Shown here in pieces: positions 12,963 to 24,137 of a DNA stretch of 64,000 nt (positions are counted from its first letter, which is position 1; each line of letters opens with the position of its first letter). Source of the stretch: Bradyrhizobium sp. (GTDB lineage Bacteria > Pseudomonadota > Alphaproteobacteria > Rhizobiales > Xanthobacteraceae); assembly GCF_035935975.1 (NCBI RefSeq), contig NZ_DASYWN010000058.1, positions 7,993 through 71,992 on the forward strand. The letters run 5' to 3'. Position numbers and translations under genes: made by a program. Under the pieces are notes generated by a model that saw only the letters and a program-made list of their open reading frames with translations, was not told where the DNA came from and ran no database searches.

Positions 12963-13561
12963 AACCTGGCGCGCCGAATCCGCACATACAGCGCGCCCTC
13001 GCCGCCATGACCGATGGCGGCCTCCTCGAACCCGACCACGAAGGTGCGGAATTCCGGCAGGCTCAGCCATTCCGGCACCTGTCGCCGCAGCACGCCGCTG
13101 TCGCCGCCGCTGCGGCCCTTGCCGGTGATGACGAGCACGAAGGTCATGCCGTCATGATGGGCGCGGTGCAGGAAGCCGGTGAGGGCGCGATGGGCGCGCA
13201 TCTGGGTCATGCCGTGCAGGTCGAGCCGCGCCTCGATCTCGCTGCGTCCGCGCGACAGTTTGGTCCGCTCACGCTTGCCGAGCGGCGCCAACGGCGGCAT
13301 TGCGGGTTTCGCCACCCGCGGCGCCGGCGCGGCAGCAATCGGACGGGGCGATGATGCAGGTCGCGTGACCGGTGCGGCGGACGAAGGCTCGGCGCGCGGC
13401 ACGGCCTGCGGCTTCGTCGCCACCTTGGCCGCGCGAAGCTTCTTCAGCGGCTTGACCTGTTTTGCCACGAGATCCCACAGCTCGCGCTCTTCCTCGCTCA
13501 GCACGCGGCGGCGCTGCGGGGGGCGAGGCTCCAGCACGGGCGGACGGGACGATCGCTTCAT
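12959..13561 (-). CDS. Smr/MutS2-family domain protein
   Basis: C-terminal LDLHGMTQMRAHRALTGFL...VLVITGKG is the Smr domain signature. 4-nt overlap with the mltA stop. Confidence 0.8.
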   Translation of the reverse strand: MKRSSRPPVLEPRPPQRRRVLSEEERELWDLVAKQVKPLKKLRAAKVATKPQAVPRAEPSSAAPVTRPASSPRPIAAAPAPRVAKPAMPPLAPLGKRERTKLSRGRSEIEARLDLHGMTQMRAHRALTGFLHRAHHDGMTFVLVITGKGRSGGDSGVLRRQVPEWLSLPEFRTFVVGFEEAAIGHGGEGALYVRIRRARF

Positions 13562-15078
13562 TGCTGTCGATGGGATCGATTCTTCACCGGCCGCCGCGGC
13601 TCCTGATCCGGCTCGATCGCGGGACGCGGCACCGGCAGCGGCACGGGGTTGGCGACGGCGACCGTCTCACTTTTGCCTTGCGCCACGACTGCGCCCGGCT
13701 TGGCCGGATCGGTCTGCGGAAACAGTTTTGCGATCTTCTCCGAGGGCCGCGGGTCCGGAACCGGCAGCTTCGCGCCACGCGCTGAGGGATCGACACCCTT
13801 CGGCACCAGCATGACGAAATGCATGGGATGGCGCAGCCGGCCCGAGACGCGGCCCGCCTCCTGGCCGGCACCAAAATAGAGATCGGCGCGTGCGGGGCCG
13901 ATGATAGCCGAGCCGGTGTCCTGCGCGATCATCAGCCGGTGGAACGGCGTCCTGGCGCGTTCGGAATCGATCGGCAGCTCACCCTCGATGAAGAACGGCG
14001 TGCCGTAGACATGCAGCGCCTTGTCGACCGCGATCGAGCGGCCGGCAGTCAGCGGAATGCCTTGCGCGCCCACCGCCTCGTCCTTGTCGGAGAGATTGAC
14101 CTCGCGGAAGAAGATGTAGGAGCGGTTCTGCCGCCGCAGCTCCTTGGCGCCGTCAGGATTCTGCGCCATCCACTCCCTGATCTTCTGCATCGACATCTCT
14201 TCCTTCGGAATGATGCCGCGCTCGATCAGGATGCGACCGACGGCGGTGTAGGGAAAACCGTTATAGGCGTCGTAGTTCAGCCGGACCGTGCCGCCGTCGT
14301 CGAACTTGATCCGGGCCGAGCCCTGGATCTGCGCGAACAGGAGATCGGTCGGATCCTTCAGCCAGGCGATCTCCAGCCCACGGCCGGCGATCTTGCCGTC
14401 CTCGATTTCACCCCGATCGTAATAGGGCACGAGCTTGCGGCGGCCGATCTTGCGATAGACCGGGCCCTTGTTGGGCAGGCTGACGGAATCCTGCTTGTAG
14501 CCGCGCACGAACAGGTTCGACGGACGGCGATAGACCGGCACGTTGAAGACATCGGTCTGCGTCCGCGAGCCCTCCAGCACCGGCTCGTAATAGCCGGTGA
14601 CGAAGCCGTCGGGCTCGCCCAGGCGCGAAATCCGCAGCGGCGAGAAATTCTCTTCGAAGAAGGTTTTTGCTTTCGCGTCGTCGCTGAGCTCGAGTGATTT
14701 GACGGCGCGGCAGGGCTCGCTCAGCGAAGCGCCCAGCGCCTTCGGCTCGGGCGCGCCGGTCTGCGCATTGATCGTCTTGCAGCTGGCACGGAACGTCTTG
14801 TACGCGGCGAGATGATCGTCGTCGCTCCAGCCCTTCACGTCGGCCCAGGCCAGCGGCATATATTGCGCGCCGGGAATCTCGAACGGCAAAGGAAGCTGCG
14901 GATAAGGCAACGCCCGCGGCGGAGCGGCGGGCAGTTGTGGCAAATGATGGTGGTGGCTGCGATAGTGACGCCGCGCCGCCTCGGCACCGAGCGAGAACGA
15001 CGAAAGCACGACGGCACCCGCGCAAAGCGCCGTCGCGCCGTTCTTCAGAAAGAGCTTAATTCGCGCTTCCGGTGCCAA
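13558..15078 (-). CDS. mltA: membrane-bound lytic murein transglycosylase A
   Basis: MltA/3D domain residues (...VTGYYEP...GRSIAVD...DTGSAI..). Signal peptide present. Start uncertain because it overlaps the Tim44 gene by 23 nt. Confidence 0.8.
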   Translation of the reverse strand: MAPEARIKLFLKNGATALCAGAVVLSSFSLGAEAARRHYRSHHHHLPQLPAAPPRALPYPQLPLPFEIPGAQYMPLAWADVKGWSDDDHLAAYKTFRASCKTINAQTGAPEPKALGASLSEPCRAVKSLELSDDAKAKTFFEENFSPLRISRLGEPDGFVTGYYEPVLEGSRTQTDVFNVPVYRRPSNLFVRGYKQDSVSLPNKGPVYRKIGRRKLVPYYDRGEIEDGKIAGRGLEIAWLKDPTDLLFAQIQGSARIKFDDGGTVRLNYDAYNGFPYTAVGRILIERGIIPKEEMSMQKIREWMAQNPDGAKELRRQNRSYIFFREVNLSDKDEAVGAQGIPLTAGRSIAVDKALHVYGTPFFIEGELPIDSERARTPFHRLMIAQDTGSAIIGPARADLYFGAGQEAGRVSGRLRHPMHFVMLVPKGVDPSARGAKLPVPDPRPSEKIAKLFPQTDPAKPGAVVAQGKSETVAVANPVPLPVPRPAIEPDQEPRRPVKNRSHRQQ

Positions 15079-15790
15079 CCAGCTTCCAGTTCGGATCGCG
15101 AGAGGTGATGTCGCGGGCGAAAGTCCAGATATCGGTGATATCGGCCACCGTGTCGGCGCTGCCGTCGACGATGTTGCCGGTCTTGTCGCGGGTCGCCGAG
15201 ATCATCTGCGAGACGAAACGGATCGTGAGCTGGGCCGTGCGGTCACGCAACTCGGCGCCGACCAGCTCGGCTTTGTCGATCGAGACGAAGCGCGTCTCGG
15301 TCTTCTGCTCGTTCTTCTCGCGCTCCTTGATGGCGGCGTCGAAGCTGTCATAGACCTCCGACGACAGCAGGTCGCGCAGGGCGCGGCGGTCGCCATTGGC
15401 GAAGGCCAGCACGATCATCTCATAGGCGCCGCGGGCACCCGAGATGAAATGGCGCGGATCGAAAGTGGAATCCTTGTCGACGATGGCGTCGAGACCCTGC
15501 GCCAGCACAGTGCCCGGTTCCGCCAGGCCCTTCCAGCGATCGGAGGGCGGGGTCGGCTCGACCGTCGGCGCCAGCGGGGCCTGGTCGATCACCTTGCCCG
15601 GCATGGTCACGACGTTCGGCTCCTGGGCACCACCCAGCGCATTCCGGGCGGCGGTGCGGTCGAACGGCGGCCGTTCGTTGCCGGTGCGCTGCCCCAGCAC
15701 GCTGCGCAGCCTCAGGAAGATGAAGACCGCCAACGCCAGGAAGATGATGGTGTAGATGTCCACGTCGTATTCGCTTTCTGGTCTTCTCAA
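15056..15790 (-). CDS. Tim44-like domain membrane protein
   Basis: N-terminal TM helix and a C-terminal Tim44-like fold region (FISGARGAYEMIV...WTFARD..DPNWKLV). Confidence 0.75.
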   Translation of the reverse strand: MRRPESEYDVDIYTIIFLALAVFIFLRLRSVLGQRTGNERPPFDRTAARNALGGAQEPNVVTMPGKVIDQAPLAPTVEPTPPSDRWKGLAEPGTVLAQGLDAIVDKDSTFDPRHFISGARGAYEMIVLAFANGDRRALRDLLSSEVYDSFDAAIKEREKNEQKTETRFVSIDKAELVGAELRDRTAQLTIRFVSQMISATRDKTGNIVDGSADTVADITDIWTFARDITSRDPNWKLVGTGSAN

Positions 15791-16180
15791 GAAGGGCCGA
15801 CTAGAAGGGGTCGTCGCCGGGAAAATCGATCCGGCCAGTAGACCGTTCCATACGGGAACGGCAAGTCTACATCACCATTTTTGGGTCCGAGCGTCAGGTC
15901 CGTGGGATGTAGGCACGAAATCTTGCCCGGCCAATGGCGCCTTTTGGCACAGCACTGATTGTAGCGCGTTTTATGCTTAAGGGGAAACCCGATCCTGCCC
16001 GGAAATCGCGCATCTTCAATCGTTTAAGGTGCGATTTCGCCGAAAGGCCGGCCTGAACGTCACAGTTGTGGGCACGGTCCGGAACCCCCGTCCGGGGCCG
16101 TTCGTCCTTGTGGAATGAGGCGGCCCTATGTTAGCCAACCGCCGCGAAATTCAGCCCCAATCGGGTAAGGAGAGACATTC

Positions 16181-16669
16181 ATGACCAACGGTAACGGCAC
16201 CCCTCCCGAGGCGGCCCAGGCTCCCCAGCTCAACGTGCTGGCGCAGTACACCAAGGACCTTTCGTTCGAAAATCCGAACGCGCCCACCTCGCTCCAGCAG
16301 CAGAGCCAGCCGCCCCAGATCAACATCCAGATCAATGTCGGCGCCAACAATCTCAGCGAAACCGAGTTCGAGGTGACGCTGTCGGTCGAGGGCAAGGCGG
16401 AGACCGCAGGCAAGATCATGTTCTCGTTCGAGCTCGCTTATGCCGGCGTGTTCCGCATCACCAACGTGCCGAAGGAGAACCTGCATCCGCTGGTCATGAT
16501 CGAATGCCCGCGCCTGCTGTTCCCGTTCGCCCGCGAGATCATCGCGACCGCCGTGCGTGATGGCGGGTTCCCGCCGCTGATGCTGGATCCGGTCGACTTC
16601 GTCGGTCTCTATCGTCAGAACATGGAGCGGCAAATGGCCGCCCAGGGCGGTCAGACCGGCCAGGCCTGA
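16181..16669 (+). CDS. secB: protein-export chaperone SecB
   Basis: [14 protein letters not shown]...[13 protein letters not shown]..., canonical SecB. RBS aaggagag upstream. Confidence 0.9.
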   Translation: MTNGNGTPPEAAQAPQLNVLAQYTKDLSFENPNAPTSLQQQSQPPQINIQINVGANNLSETEFEVTLSVEGKAETAGKIMFSFELAYAGVFRITNVPKENLHPLVMIECPRLLFPFAREIIATAVRDGGFPPLMLDPVDFVGLYRQNMERQMAAQGGQTGQA

Positions 16670-16678
16670 TTAACGGGC

Positions 16679-17398
16679 CTAACCAGCCGGATTGGCGGAA
16701 GCTGGAGCGGGCAGAAACTCGTTCCAGATCGCCTTCTCGCCCATGGTTGCGATGAAGGCACGATGGGCCTCGCGCTCGGCATCAGTCACCCGCGGCGCGA
16801 GCGGCACAGACCGCTGCCGCCGCGGCGCATCGCCGGCGGCATTGATCCTGATTTCTTCGCTCTCCGAAGCCAGCAGCAGCTGCGACTGCCGCGCCCCGAC
16901 CAGATCGACATAGACTTCGGCCAAAAGCTCGGAGTCGAGCAACGCGCCGTGCTTGGTGCGGTGTGAATTGTCGATCGAATAGCGCGAGCAGAGATCGTCG
17001 AGCCGGTTCGACACACCCGGATGCTTGCGCCGCGCCAGCAGCAGCGTATCGACCAGCCGCTCGCGCGGGATCGCCGGGCGCTTGATGCGATCAAGCTCGG
17101 CATTGATGAAGCTGATGTCGAACGAAGCATTGTGGATCACCAGCGGCGCATCGCCGATGAACTCCAGAAACGCATCGACCACTTCGTGGAACAGCGGCTT
17201 GGTCGAGAGGAACTCGGCCGACAGCCCGTGCACCGCGAAGGCTTCCGCCGGCATGTCGCGTTCGGGATTGATATAGACGTGATAGGTCTGGCCCGTCGGC
17301 ATGCGGTTGAAAATCTCGACGCAGCCGATTTCGACCAGGCGATCGCCGCGGAGCGGATCGAGGCCGGTGGTTTCGGTATCGAGAACGATTTCACGCAT
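16679..17398 (-). CDS. dnaQ: DNA polymerase III subunit epsilon
   Basis: Exo motifs IVLDTETTGL (ExoI), HNASFDISF (ExoII) and HGALLDSELLAEVY (ExoIII). Confidence 0.9.
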   Translation of the reverse strand: MREIVLDTETTGLDPLRGDRLVEIGCVEIFNRMPTGQTYHVYINPERDMPAEAFAVHGLSAEFLSTKPLFHEVVDAFLEFIGDAPLVIHNASFDISFINAELDRIKRPAIPRERLVDTLLLARRKHPGVSNRLDDLCSRYSIDNSHRTKHGALLDSELLAEVYVDLVGARQSQLLLASESEEIRINAAGDAPRRQRSVPLAPRVTDAEREAHRAFIATMGEKAIWNEFLPAPASANPAG

Positions 17399-17427
17399 GA
17401 TCTGGGATGCCGTCTGAAGCCGGCGAA

Positions 17428-18027
17428 TCAGCTCCGCCGCTGCGGCATCTTAACCACCTCGGCCAGGATGTGCGTGATTTGGGCGCGCACCGGTTCAAGT
17501 CCGTGTGACGTATCCACCACGAAATCCGCGCGCTTGCGCTTCTCGGCATCCGGCGTCTGCTTGGCGATGATGGCATCGAGCTTGGCCTCGTCCATCGTGC
17601 CGCGCGCCAGCACCCGCTGACGCTGAACTTCCGGCGAGGTCGAGACCACGACGACGGCATCGACCCGCTTCTCGCCGCCGGTTTCAAACAGCAGCGGGAT
17701 GTCGAGCACCACCACCGGCGCCTTGGCGGCTTCCGCATCGGCGAAGAATTTTTTCCGGGACGCACCGAGCATCGGGTGGACGATCTGCTCGAGCTGCTTG
17801 ATCGCGGCGGGATCGTGCACGACGCGCGCCGAGAGTTTGGTCCGGTCGACCTTGCCGTTCGCGGTAGTGCCGGGGAAGGCGGCCTCGATCGCAGGCGCGG
17901 CCTCGCCTTCATAGAGCTGATGGACGGCGGCATCGGCGTCATAGACGGGCACGCCCGCCTCCGCGAACAATTTCGCGGTGGTGGATTTGCCCATTCCGAT
18001 CGAGCCGGTCAGTCCGAGGATCCGCAT
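17428..18027 (-). CDS. coaE: dephospho-CoA kinase
   Basis: [14 protein letters not shown]-loop and IPLLFE motif. Confidence 0.9.
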   Translation of the reverse strand: MRILGLTGSIGMGKSTTAKLFAEAGVPVYDADAAVHQLYEGEAAPAIEAAFPGTTANGKVDRTKLSARVVHDPAAIKQLEQIVHPMLGASRKKFFADAEAAKAPVVVLDIPLLFETGGEKRVDAVVVVSTSPEVQRQRVLARGTMDEAKLDAIIAKQTPDAEKRKRADFVVDTSHGLEPVRAQITHILAEVVKMPQRRS

Positions 18028-18049
18028 CAGCGCCCAGCCATTTTATCGT

Positions 18050-18658
18050 TCAGACCGCAACTAGCCGCTCGCGCCGCAGGAACGCAAGCAGCGGCAGCAG
18101 CGGCAGGCCGAGAATGGTGAAATGGTCGCCCTCGATGCGCTCGAACAGATGGATGCCGAGCCCCTCGAGCTGATAGGCGCCGACGCTGGTGGTGACGGCA
18201 TCGCGCGCGGCATCGAGATAGGTCGAGAGCTCGGCGTCGGTCATCTGCCGCATGGTCATGCGGGCGATCGAAACATCCTCGAAGACAATCTTGCCGTCAT
18301 GCGCCACAGCCACCGCGGAGTTCAGCTCATGGCTGTTGCCGGCGAGATCCCGCAACTGCGCCAGCGCCTGCGCGCGGCCGGCGGGCTTGTTGAAGAGGCG
18401 GTTGCCGAGCGCCAGCGTCTGGTCGGCACCGATCACGTAGCTTCCGGGATGATTGACCGAGACCGCCTTCGCTTTCTCGCGGGCCAGCAGCAGGCCGATC
18501 TCGCGCGGATTCGAAAGCTTGGACGCGGCCTGAATGCCGCGCTCGTCGATGTCGGCTGTGATCGCCTTGAATTCGAGCCCGGCATTGGCTAGCAGCATCT
18601 TTCGTGCGCTGCTCTGCGACGCCAGGATCAACGGAGATGTGCCGCGCCAGAGAGCCAT
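18050..18658 (-). CDS. maf: Maf-like nucleoside triphosphate pyrophosphatase
   Basis: LILASQSSARKMLL...GADQ...GAYQLEG, typical Maf. Abuts the PDRP stop. Confidence 0.85.
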   Translation of the reverse strand: MALWRGTSPLILASQSSARKMLLANAGLEFKAITADIDERGIQAASKLSNPREIGLLLAREKAKAVSVNHPGSYVIGADQTLALGNRLFNKPAGRAQALAQLRDLAGNSHELNSAVAVAHDGKIVFEDVSIARMTMRQMTDAELSTYLDAARDAVTTSVGAYQLEGLGIHLFERIEGDHFTILGLPLLPLLAFLRRERLVAV

Positions 18659-19498
18659 TTATTCCGAAGGCCGGTTGCGCTGGCGATCGCTGTAGAGCTT
18701 CATGATCGCGGCTGCGGTTTCCTCGATCGAGCGGCGCGTCACGTCCAACAGCGGCCAGTCGTGCTTGGCGCTCAGCTTGCGCGCGAACGCGACTTCCTCG
18801 GTGACCGACTGTCTGTCCGTATAGGTATCGCTGCCGGACTCGGCGCCCATGGAGAGCAGGCGGTTCTGGCGGATCTGGATCAGGCGCTCCGGCGTCGCAT
18901 GCAGGCTCACCACCAGCGGCCGAGTCAGCTTCTCCAGTTGTTCGGGCACCGGAATGCCGGGAACCAGCGGCACGTTGGCGGTGCGGATGCCGCGATTGGC
19001 GAGATAGATCGACGTCGGCGTTTTCGAGGTGCGGGACACGCCGACCAGCACCACGTCGGCATCGTCAAGGCCTTCGACATGCTGACCGTCGTCGTGGATC
19101 ATCGTGTAGTTCAGCGCGTCGATGCGCTTGAAATATTCCGCATTGAGGACGTGCTGGGCGCCGACGCGGCCGGTGGTCGCTGCGCCAAGATAGGCTTCGA
19201 ACAACTGCATCACCGGCCCGATGATCGACAGGCTCGGAACGTTGATCCCCTTGCACTTGTCCTCGAGCCTGGAGACCAGATCCTTCTCCAGCAGCGTGAA
19301 CAGCACGATGCCCGGCGCTTCCTCGATCTCATCGAGCACGCGATCGAGCTGCTTCTGGCTGCGCACCAGCGGATAGACATGCTCGACCGGCGTCACATTG
19401 GCGTATTGGGCCGCGACCGCCCGCGCCACGGTGATCAGCGTCTCGCCGGTGGAGTCGGAGACCAGGTGCAGATGGAAATAATTGTTCGAGGTCGGCAC
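18659..19498 (-). CDS. pyruvate, phosphate dikinase / PEP synthase regulatory protein (DUF299, PDRP)
   Basis: [11 protein letters not shown]...[13 protein letters not shown]-loop-like motif. From memory, homologous to Caulobacter CC_0001 and Rickettsia RP001. Confidence 0.85.
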   Translation of the reverse strand: MPTSNNYFHLHLVSDSTGETLITVARAVAAQYANVTPVEHVYPLVRSQKQLDRVLDEIEEAPGIVLFTLLEKDLVSRLEDKCKGINVPSLSIIGPVMQLFEAYLGAATTGRVGAQHVLNAEYFKRIDALNYTMIHDDGQHVEGLDDADVVLVGVSRTSKTPTSIYLANRGIRTANVPLVPGIPVPEQLEKLTRPLVVSLHATPERLIQIRQNRLLSMGAESGSDTYTDRQSVTEEVAFARKLSAKHDWPLLDVTRRSIEETAAAIMKLYSDRQRNRPSE

Positions 19499-19800
19499 AG
19501 AAACTCTTTGTATGAAGGCGGTGTGATTTGTGGATTTCTGTGGAGCTTAACCCCTCGGAAAGGGATGTGCGACACCAGGGGCGGGACAAGTGCCAATTTT
19601 CTTCACACCACTGCCCGTCAGAACAAGTCCGGCGCCTCGCCAAAAGGGAAGCGGGATTGCGCGGACAACCCCCTTGATAAGCTGCCGACAGAAACGCGCA
19701 AGCCTTTGAAGCTGGCCGAATTATCGCAAATCGCAGCAGCGCCTCGGGATATGTTGAGAGATGTGAACAAGCACGCACGAACGCGCGGATGGAATTGCGT

Positions 19801-19849
19801 GAGTCCAATCCACGGTCACTAAGACTCAAACCTTAAGAATCTAAGATTC
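19801..19849. promoter_or_regulatory. cluster of four GANTC (CcrM-type methylation) sites in an AT-rich palindromic patch
   Basis: gagtc at 19801, gactc at 19823, gaatc at 19837 and gattc at 19845, within ccttaagaatctaagattctagatt. Confidence 0.5.
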
Positions 19850-19897
19850 TAGATTTGAGGAAGGCGCTACGGACGGATATGTGTGCAGGGTAAGACC

Positions 19898-19912
19898 TTA
19901 ACGGGTTCTTAC
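19898..19912. promoter_or_regulatory. CtrA-box-like site TTAA-N7-TTAC
   Basis: ttaacgggttcttac, one mismatch to TTAA-N7-TTAA. Lies about 45 nt upstream of the hemJ ATG. Confidence 0.3.
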
Positions 19913-19954
19913 TATCCCCAGTTCCCTTTGCGGGCAGACATCCGGGCGCAAGAT

Positions 19955-20389
19955 ATGTTCGAAGACGTCTATCTCTGGATCAAGGCGCTGCATGTGATCG
20001 CGGTCATCGCCTGGATGGCCGGCATGCTCTATCTGCCGCGACTGTTCGTTTATCACTCCGAGGCCGAGATCGGCTCGAAGCAGTCCGAAACGTTCAAGGT
20101 GATGGAACGCCGGCTGCTCAAGGCGATCATCAACCCCGCCATGATCGTCACCTGGCTCGCCGGGCTCTATCTCGCCTGGGCCGGCCACTGGTTCACATTC
20201 GGCTGGCTGCACGTAAAACTGGCACTGGTCCTGGCGATGTCGGCGGTCCACGGCTTTTTTTCCCGCTGGCTGAAGGATTTCGCTGCCGACCGGCGTCCGC
20301 GGAGCCAGAAATTCTATCGGATTATCAATGAGGTGCCGACCGTCCTGATGATTTTTATCGTCATCATGGTGATCGTGAAGCCGTTCTAG
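19955..20389 (+). CDS. hemJ: protoporphyrinogen oxidase HemJ (UPF0093 family membrane protein)
   Basis: Start at ATG 19955. YLWIKALHVIAVIAWMAGMLYLPRLFVYH is the conserved HemJ N-terminus. 4 TM helices. Confidence 0.75.
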   Translation: MFEDVYLWIKALHVIAVIAWMAGMLYLPRLFVYHSEAEIGSKQSETFKVMERRLLKAIINPAMIVTWLAGLYLAWAGHWFTFGWLHVKLALVLAMSAVHGFFSRWLKDFAADRRPRSQKFYRIINEVPTVLMIFIVIMVIVKPF

Positions 20390-20639
20390 GCAGACCGCGC
20401 GACGAATCGCTCAGTGCTTCGTCTTGCGGAGCGGGAAGCGATTTTCTATATTAGCGATATCCCACCCAACGCAGGCGGATGTGGTTGTGTCTGAGCTTTC
20501 CAGAGGCCGGACACCGCATCAGGTTTGAAGCCTCACCCGGCACTCACCTTGCCAGACCTGCGGACCTAATCTTCTCACGTCCGCATTTCAGAGCCTCCTC
20601 GCATCCCCTCCCCAAAGGTTACCCCACAGGACCACCCCA

Positions 20640-21905
<1,266 letters not shown>

Positions 21906-21928
21906 GCCAGGGTGCGGCAAGACATCAG

Positions 21929-21955
21929 AGGGCGCCTTCGGGCGCCCTTTTTGTT
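21929..21955 (+). terminator. intrinsic terminator after rho
   Basis: Stem agggcgcc-ttcg-ggcgccct followed by tttttgtt. Confidence 0.65.
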
Positions 21956-22220
21956 GTGCAGCTTTGCTGCGGTAATAGTGCAGCATGGCTGACAGATTGC
22001 CCGGGAACTTGGAATCACGATAAGCTGTTGATATCTTTATGGTATGATTGACTTCGGCCGGCCGAATGGTTCCGAGCCAAGCCAGTTTTGCAGCAAAATG
22101 CTGCGTCTTATATTGCACTGCAATAAGGTGATTGCTGCGGACCAAAGCGCAGCAAAAGGTGGCGCCGGCCGCGCAAGAACGAGCTGTTTGCCTTTTCTTC
22201 GCCAGCCGGACAAATAGGCC

Positions 22221-23576
22221 ATGCATCCGCGAGACCAGACCATCTTTGCGCTGTCGTCCGGCCGTGCGCCGAGCGCGATCGCCGTGGTGCGCGTCTCGGG
22301 CCCGCAGGCCGGCCTGGTCCTGACGACGCTCGCGGGCAAGCTGCCGGCGCCGAGGCAGGCGAGCCGCCGGCTGCTCCGCGACGTCCAGGGCCAGCCGATC
22401 GACGATGCCGTCGTACTCTGGTTTCCAGGGCCGGGCAGCGCGACCGGCGAGGACATCGCCGAATTTCACGTCCATGGCGGCCGCGCCGTGCTGGCGGCGT
22501 TGCTTGCAGATATTTCGATAATTCCGAATACGCGCGCGGCCGAGCCCGGCGAGTTCACGCGGCGGTCCTTCGAGAACGGCAAGCTCGACCTCACCGAGGC
22601 CGAGGGCCTCGACGATCTCATTCACGCCGACACCGACCGCCAGCGCCGCCAGGCCCTGCGCCAGTTGCAAGGCCTGCTCGGCGATCGCGCGCGCGACTGG
22701 CGCGAGCGCATCATCGAAGCGTCGGCGCTGATCGAGGCCGGAATCGATTTTTCCGATGAAGGCGATGTGCCTGCCGAATTGAGGGCGCCGGCCGTCAAGG
22801 CGATCAGAGCCCTGCATGATGAAATCACAAAAGTCCTTGCGGCACAGGGACATTCTGAACGCCTGCGCGAGGGCTTGGTGGTCGCGATCGCAGGCGAGCC
22901 GAATGTCGGCAAGTCGACGCTGATCAACCAGCTCGCGCGCCGCGAGGTCGCGATCGTCTCGCCGCACGCGGGCACCACGCGCGACGTGATCGAGGTGCAG
23001 CTCGATCTCGACGGTTATCCGGTCACAATCATCGACACCGCCGGCATCCGCGAGACCGACGATCCGGTCGAGCAGGAAGGCGTGCGCCGGGCGCGGGCGC
23101 GCGCCGAAGACGCCGACCTGGTGCTGTGGCTGGTCGAGGGCGAGCAGGCCGCCGATCCGGACGCGCTGGGGTCCCTTCGGAAGTCCGGAGACGGCGAGCA
23201 GCCGGACGGGCCGGTCTGGATCGTGCGCAACAAGATCGATCTCGACGAGCCCGGGGGCGCTGGGCCGCGCGACGAGTTCGGGATCTCGGCGAGCCGGGGC
23301 GATGGTATCCCCGAGCTCGTCGAGGCCCTTGTGGAATTCGCGTCGAATTTTTTCGGAGCCAGCGAAGGCGCGGTCGTGACCCGGGCCCGTCAGCGAGACC
23401 TGTTGAGCCGGGCGTCAGAGAGCTTGCGCCGGAGTCTCGAGCTTGTAGAAGAGGGCGAGGAACTCGCTGCCGAAGAGCTGCGCGCCGCTGCCTATGCCCT
23501 CGGCCGGCTGCTGGGGCGGGTCGACGTCGAGGACGTCCTGGGCGCCATTTTCCAGAAATTCTGTATCGGAAAGTAG
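22221..23576 (+). CDS. mnmE: tRNA modification GTPase MnmE
   Basis: TIFALSSG..., G1 [18 protein letters not shown]-terminal FCIGK. Confidence 0.95.
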   Translation: MHPRDQTIFALSSGRAPSAIAVVRVSGPQAGLVLTTLAGKLPAPRQASRRLLRDVQGQPIDDAVVLWFPGPGSATGEDIAEFHVHGGRAVLAALLADISIIPNTRAAEPGEFTRRSFENGKLDLTEAEGLDDLIHADTDRQRRQALRQLQGLLGDRARDWRERIIEASALIEAGIDFSDEGDVPAELRAPAVKAIRALHDEITKVLAAQGHSERLREGLVVAIAGEPNVGKSTLINQLARREVAIVSPHAGTTRDVIEVQLDLDGYPVTIIDTAGIRETDDPVEQEGVRRARARAEDADLVLWLVEGEQAADPDALGSLRKSGDGEQPDGPVWIVRNKIDLDEPGGAGPRDEFGISASRGDGIPELVEALVEFASNFFGASEGAVVTRARQRDLLSRASESLRRSLELVEEGEELAAEELRAAAYALGRLLGRVDVEDVLGAIFQKFCIGK

Positions 23577-23619
23577 TGCTAGTTCTTCAATCTAGAACTA
23601 ACGCTTGTTCCATTACTTG

Positions 23620-23635
23620 TGTTTCACGTGAAACA
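23620..23635. promoter_or_regulatory. parS site 1 (TGTTTCACGTGAAACA, 16/16)
   Basis: Perfect match to the ParB-binding consensus TGTTNCACGTGAAACA. Confidence 0.85.
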
Positions 23636-23675
23636 GGGCCGCCTATTCCGCGTAGAGCATGCTGCGGCTTTCTTC

Positions 23676-23764
23676 GTAGCCTGGATGGAGCGCAGCGCAA
23701 TCCGGGACCTCTTTCGCTCCGGCGGACGCCTGTCCCGGATTTCGCTGCGCTCCATCCGGGCTAC
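23676..23764. repeat. REP-like hairpin, family A copy 1
   Basis: Arms gtagcctggatggagcgcagcgcaatccgggac / gtcccggatttcgctgcgctccatccgggctac. Further copies at about 37.3, 40.2 and 56.7 kb. Confidence 0.75.
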
Positions 23765-23774
23765 GGGTCCCGCT

Positions 23775-23790
23775 GGTCTCACGTGAAACA
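23775..23790. promoter_or_regulatory. parS-like site 2 (ggtctcacgtgaaaca, 14/16)
   Basis: The right half-site is perfect and the left half is degenerate. Confidence 0.5.
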
Positions 23791-23809
23791 GCAGCAACTG
23801 ATTCCATCC

Positions 23810-23825
23810 TGTTTCACGTGAAACG
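23810..23825. promoter_or_regulatory. parS site 3 (tgtttcacgtgaaacg, 15/16)
   Basis: One terminal mismatch to consensus. Confidence 0.75.
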
Positions 23826-23925
23826 CCAATTGCGCAGGTCAGCCGCCTGATGTCGTAAGACGAGCGGAAGACTGTGTCTCTCCGCGAGCGAGATGGTCAT
23901 TCGCAATGGCGAGACGCCAGCCGGG

Positions 23926-24008
23926 TCATTGCGAGGAGCTCTTGCGACGAAGCAATCCAGACTGCTACTGGGAGGGGATTCTGGATTGCTTCGCGACGCT
24001 CGCAATGA
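23926..24008. repeat. REP-like hairpin, family B copy 1
   Basis: Arms tcattgcgaggagc..gcgacgaagcaatccaga / tctggattgcttcgcgacgctcgcaatga. Second copy at 29078-29163. Confidence 0.7.
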
Positions 24009-24121
24009 CGAGTGTCGCGCGAGCTGTTGCTCCTTGATCGGCCGGCCTGCGGCGAGACAATCCGAATTGACGGGCTCGCTCCAGTTCCGCGGGACCTATC
24101 TTTCGCCCTCTGCGGCCCATT

Positions 24122-24137
24122 TCGTTTCACGTGAAAC
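24122..24137. promoter_or_regulatory. parS site 4 (cgtttcacgtgaaaca, 15/16)
   Basis: One terminal mismatch. Confidence 0.75.

Noticed and set aside
15791-16180. The 390-bp tim44/secB spacer as an sRNA or alternative origin
   Set aside because: I found no clear terminator hairpin, repeat, DnaA-box cluster or GANTC cluster by eye, so it cannot be supported without transcript data.
20390-20639. The 250-bp spacer upstream of rho as an independent feature
   Set aside because: This is most simply the long rho leader known to mediate autoregulation. The overlapping 170-aa ORF (20479-20991) runs into rho out of frame.
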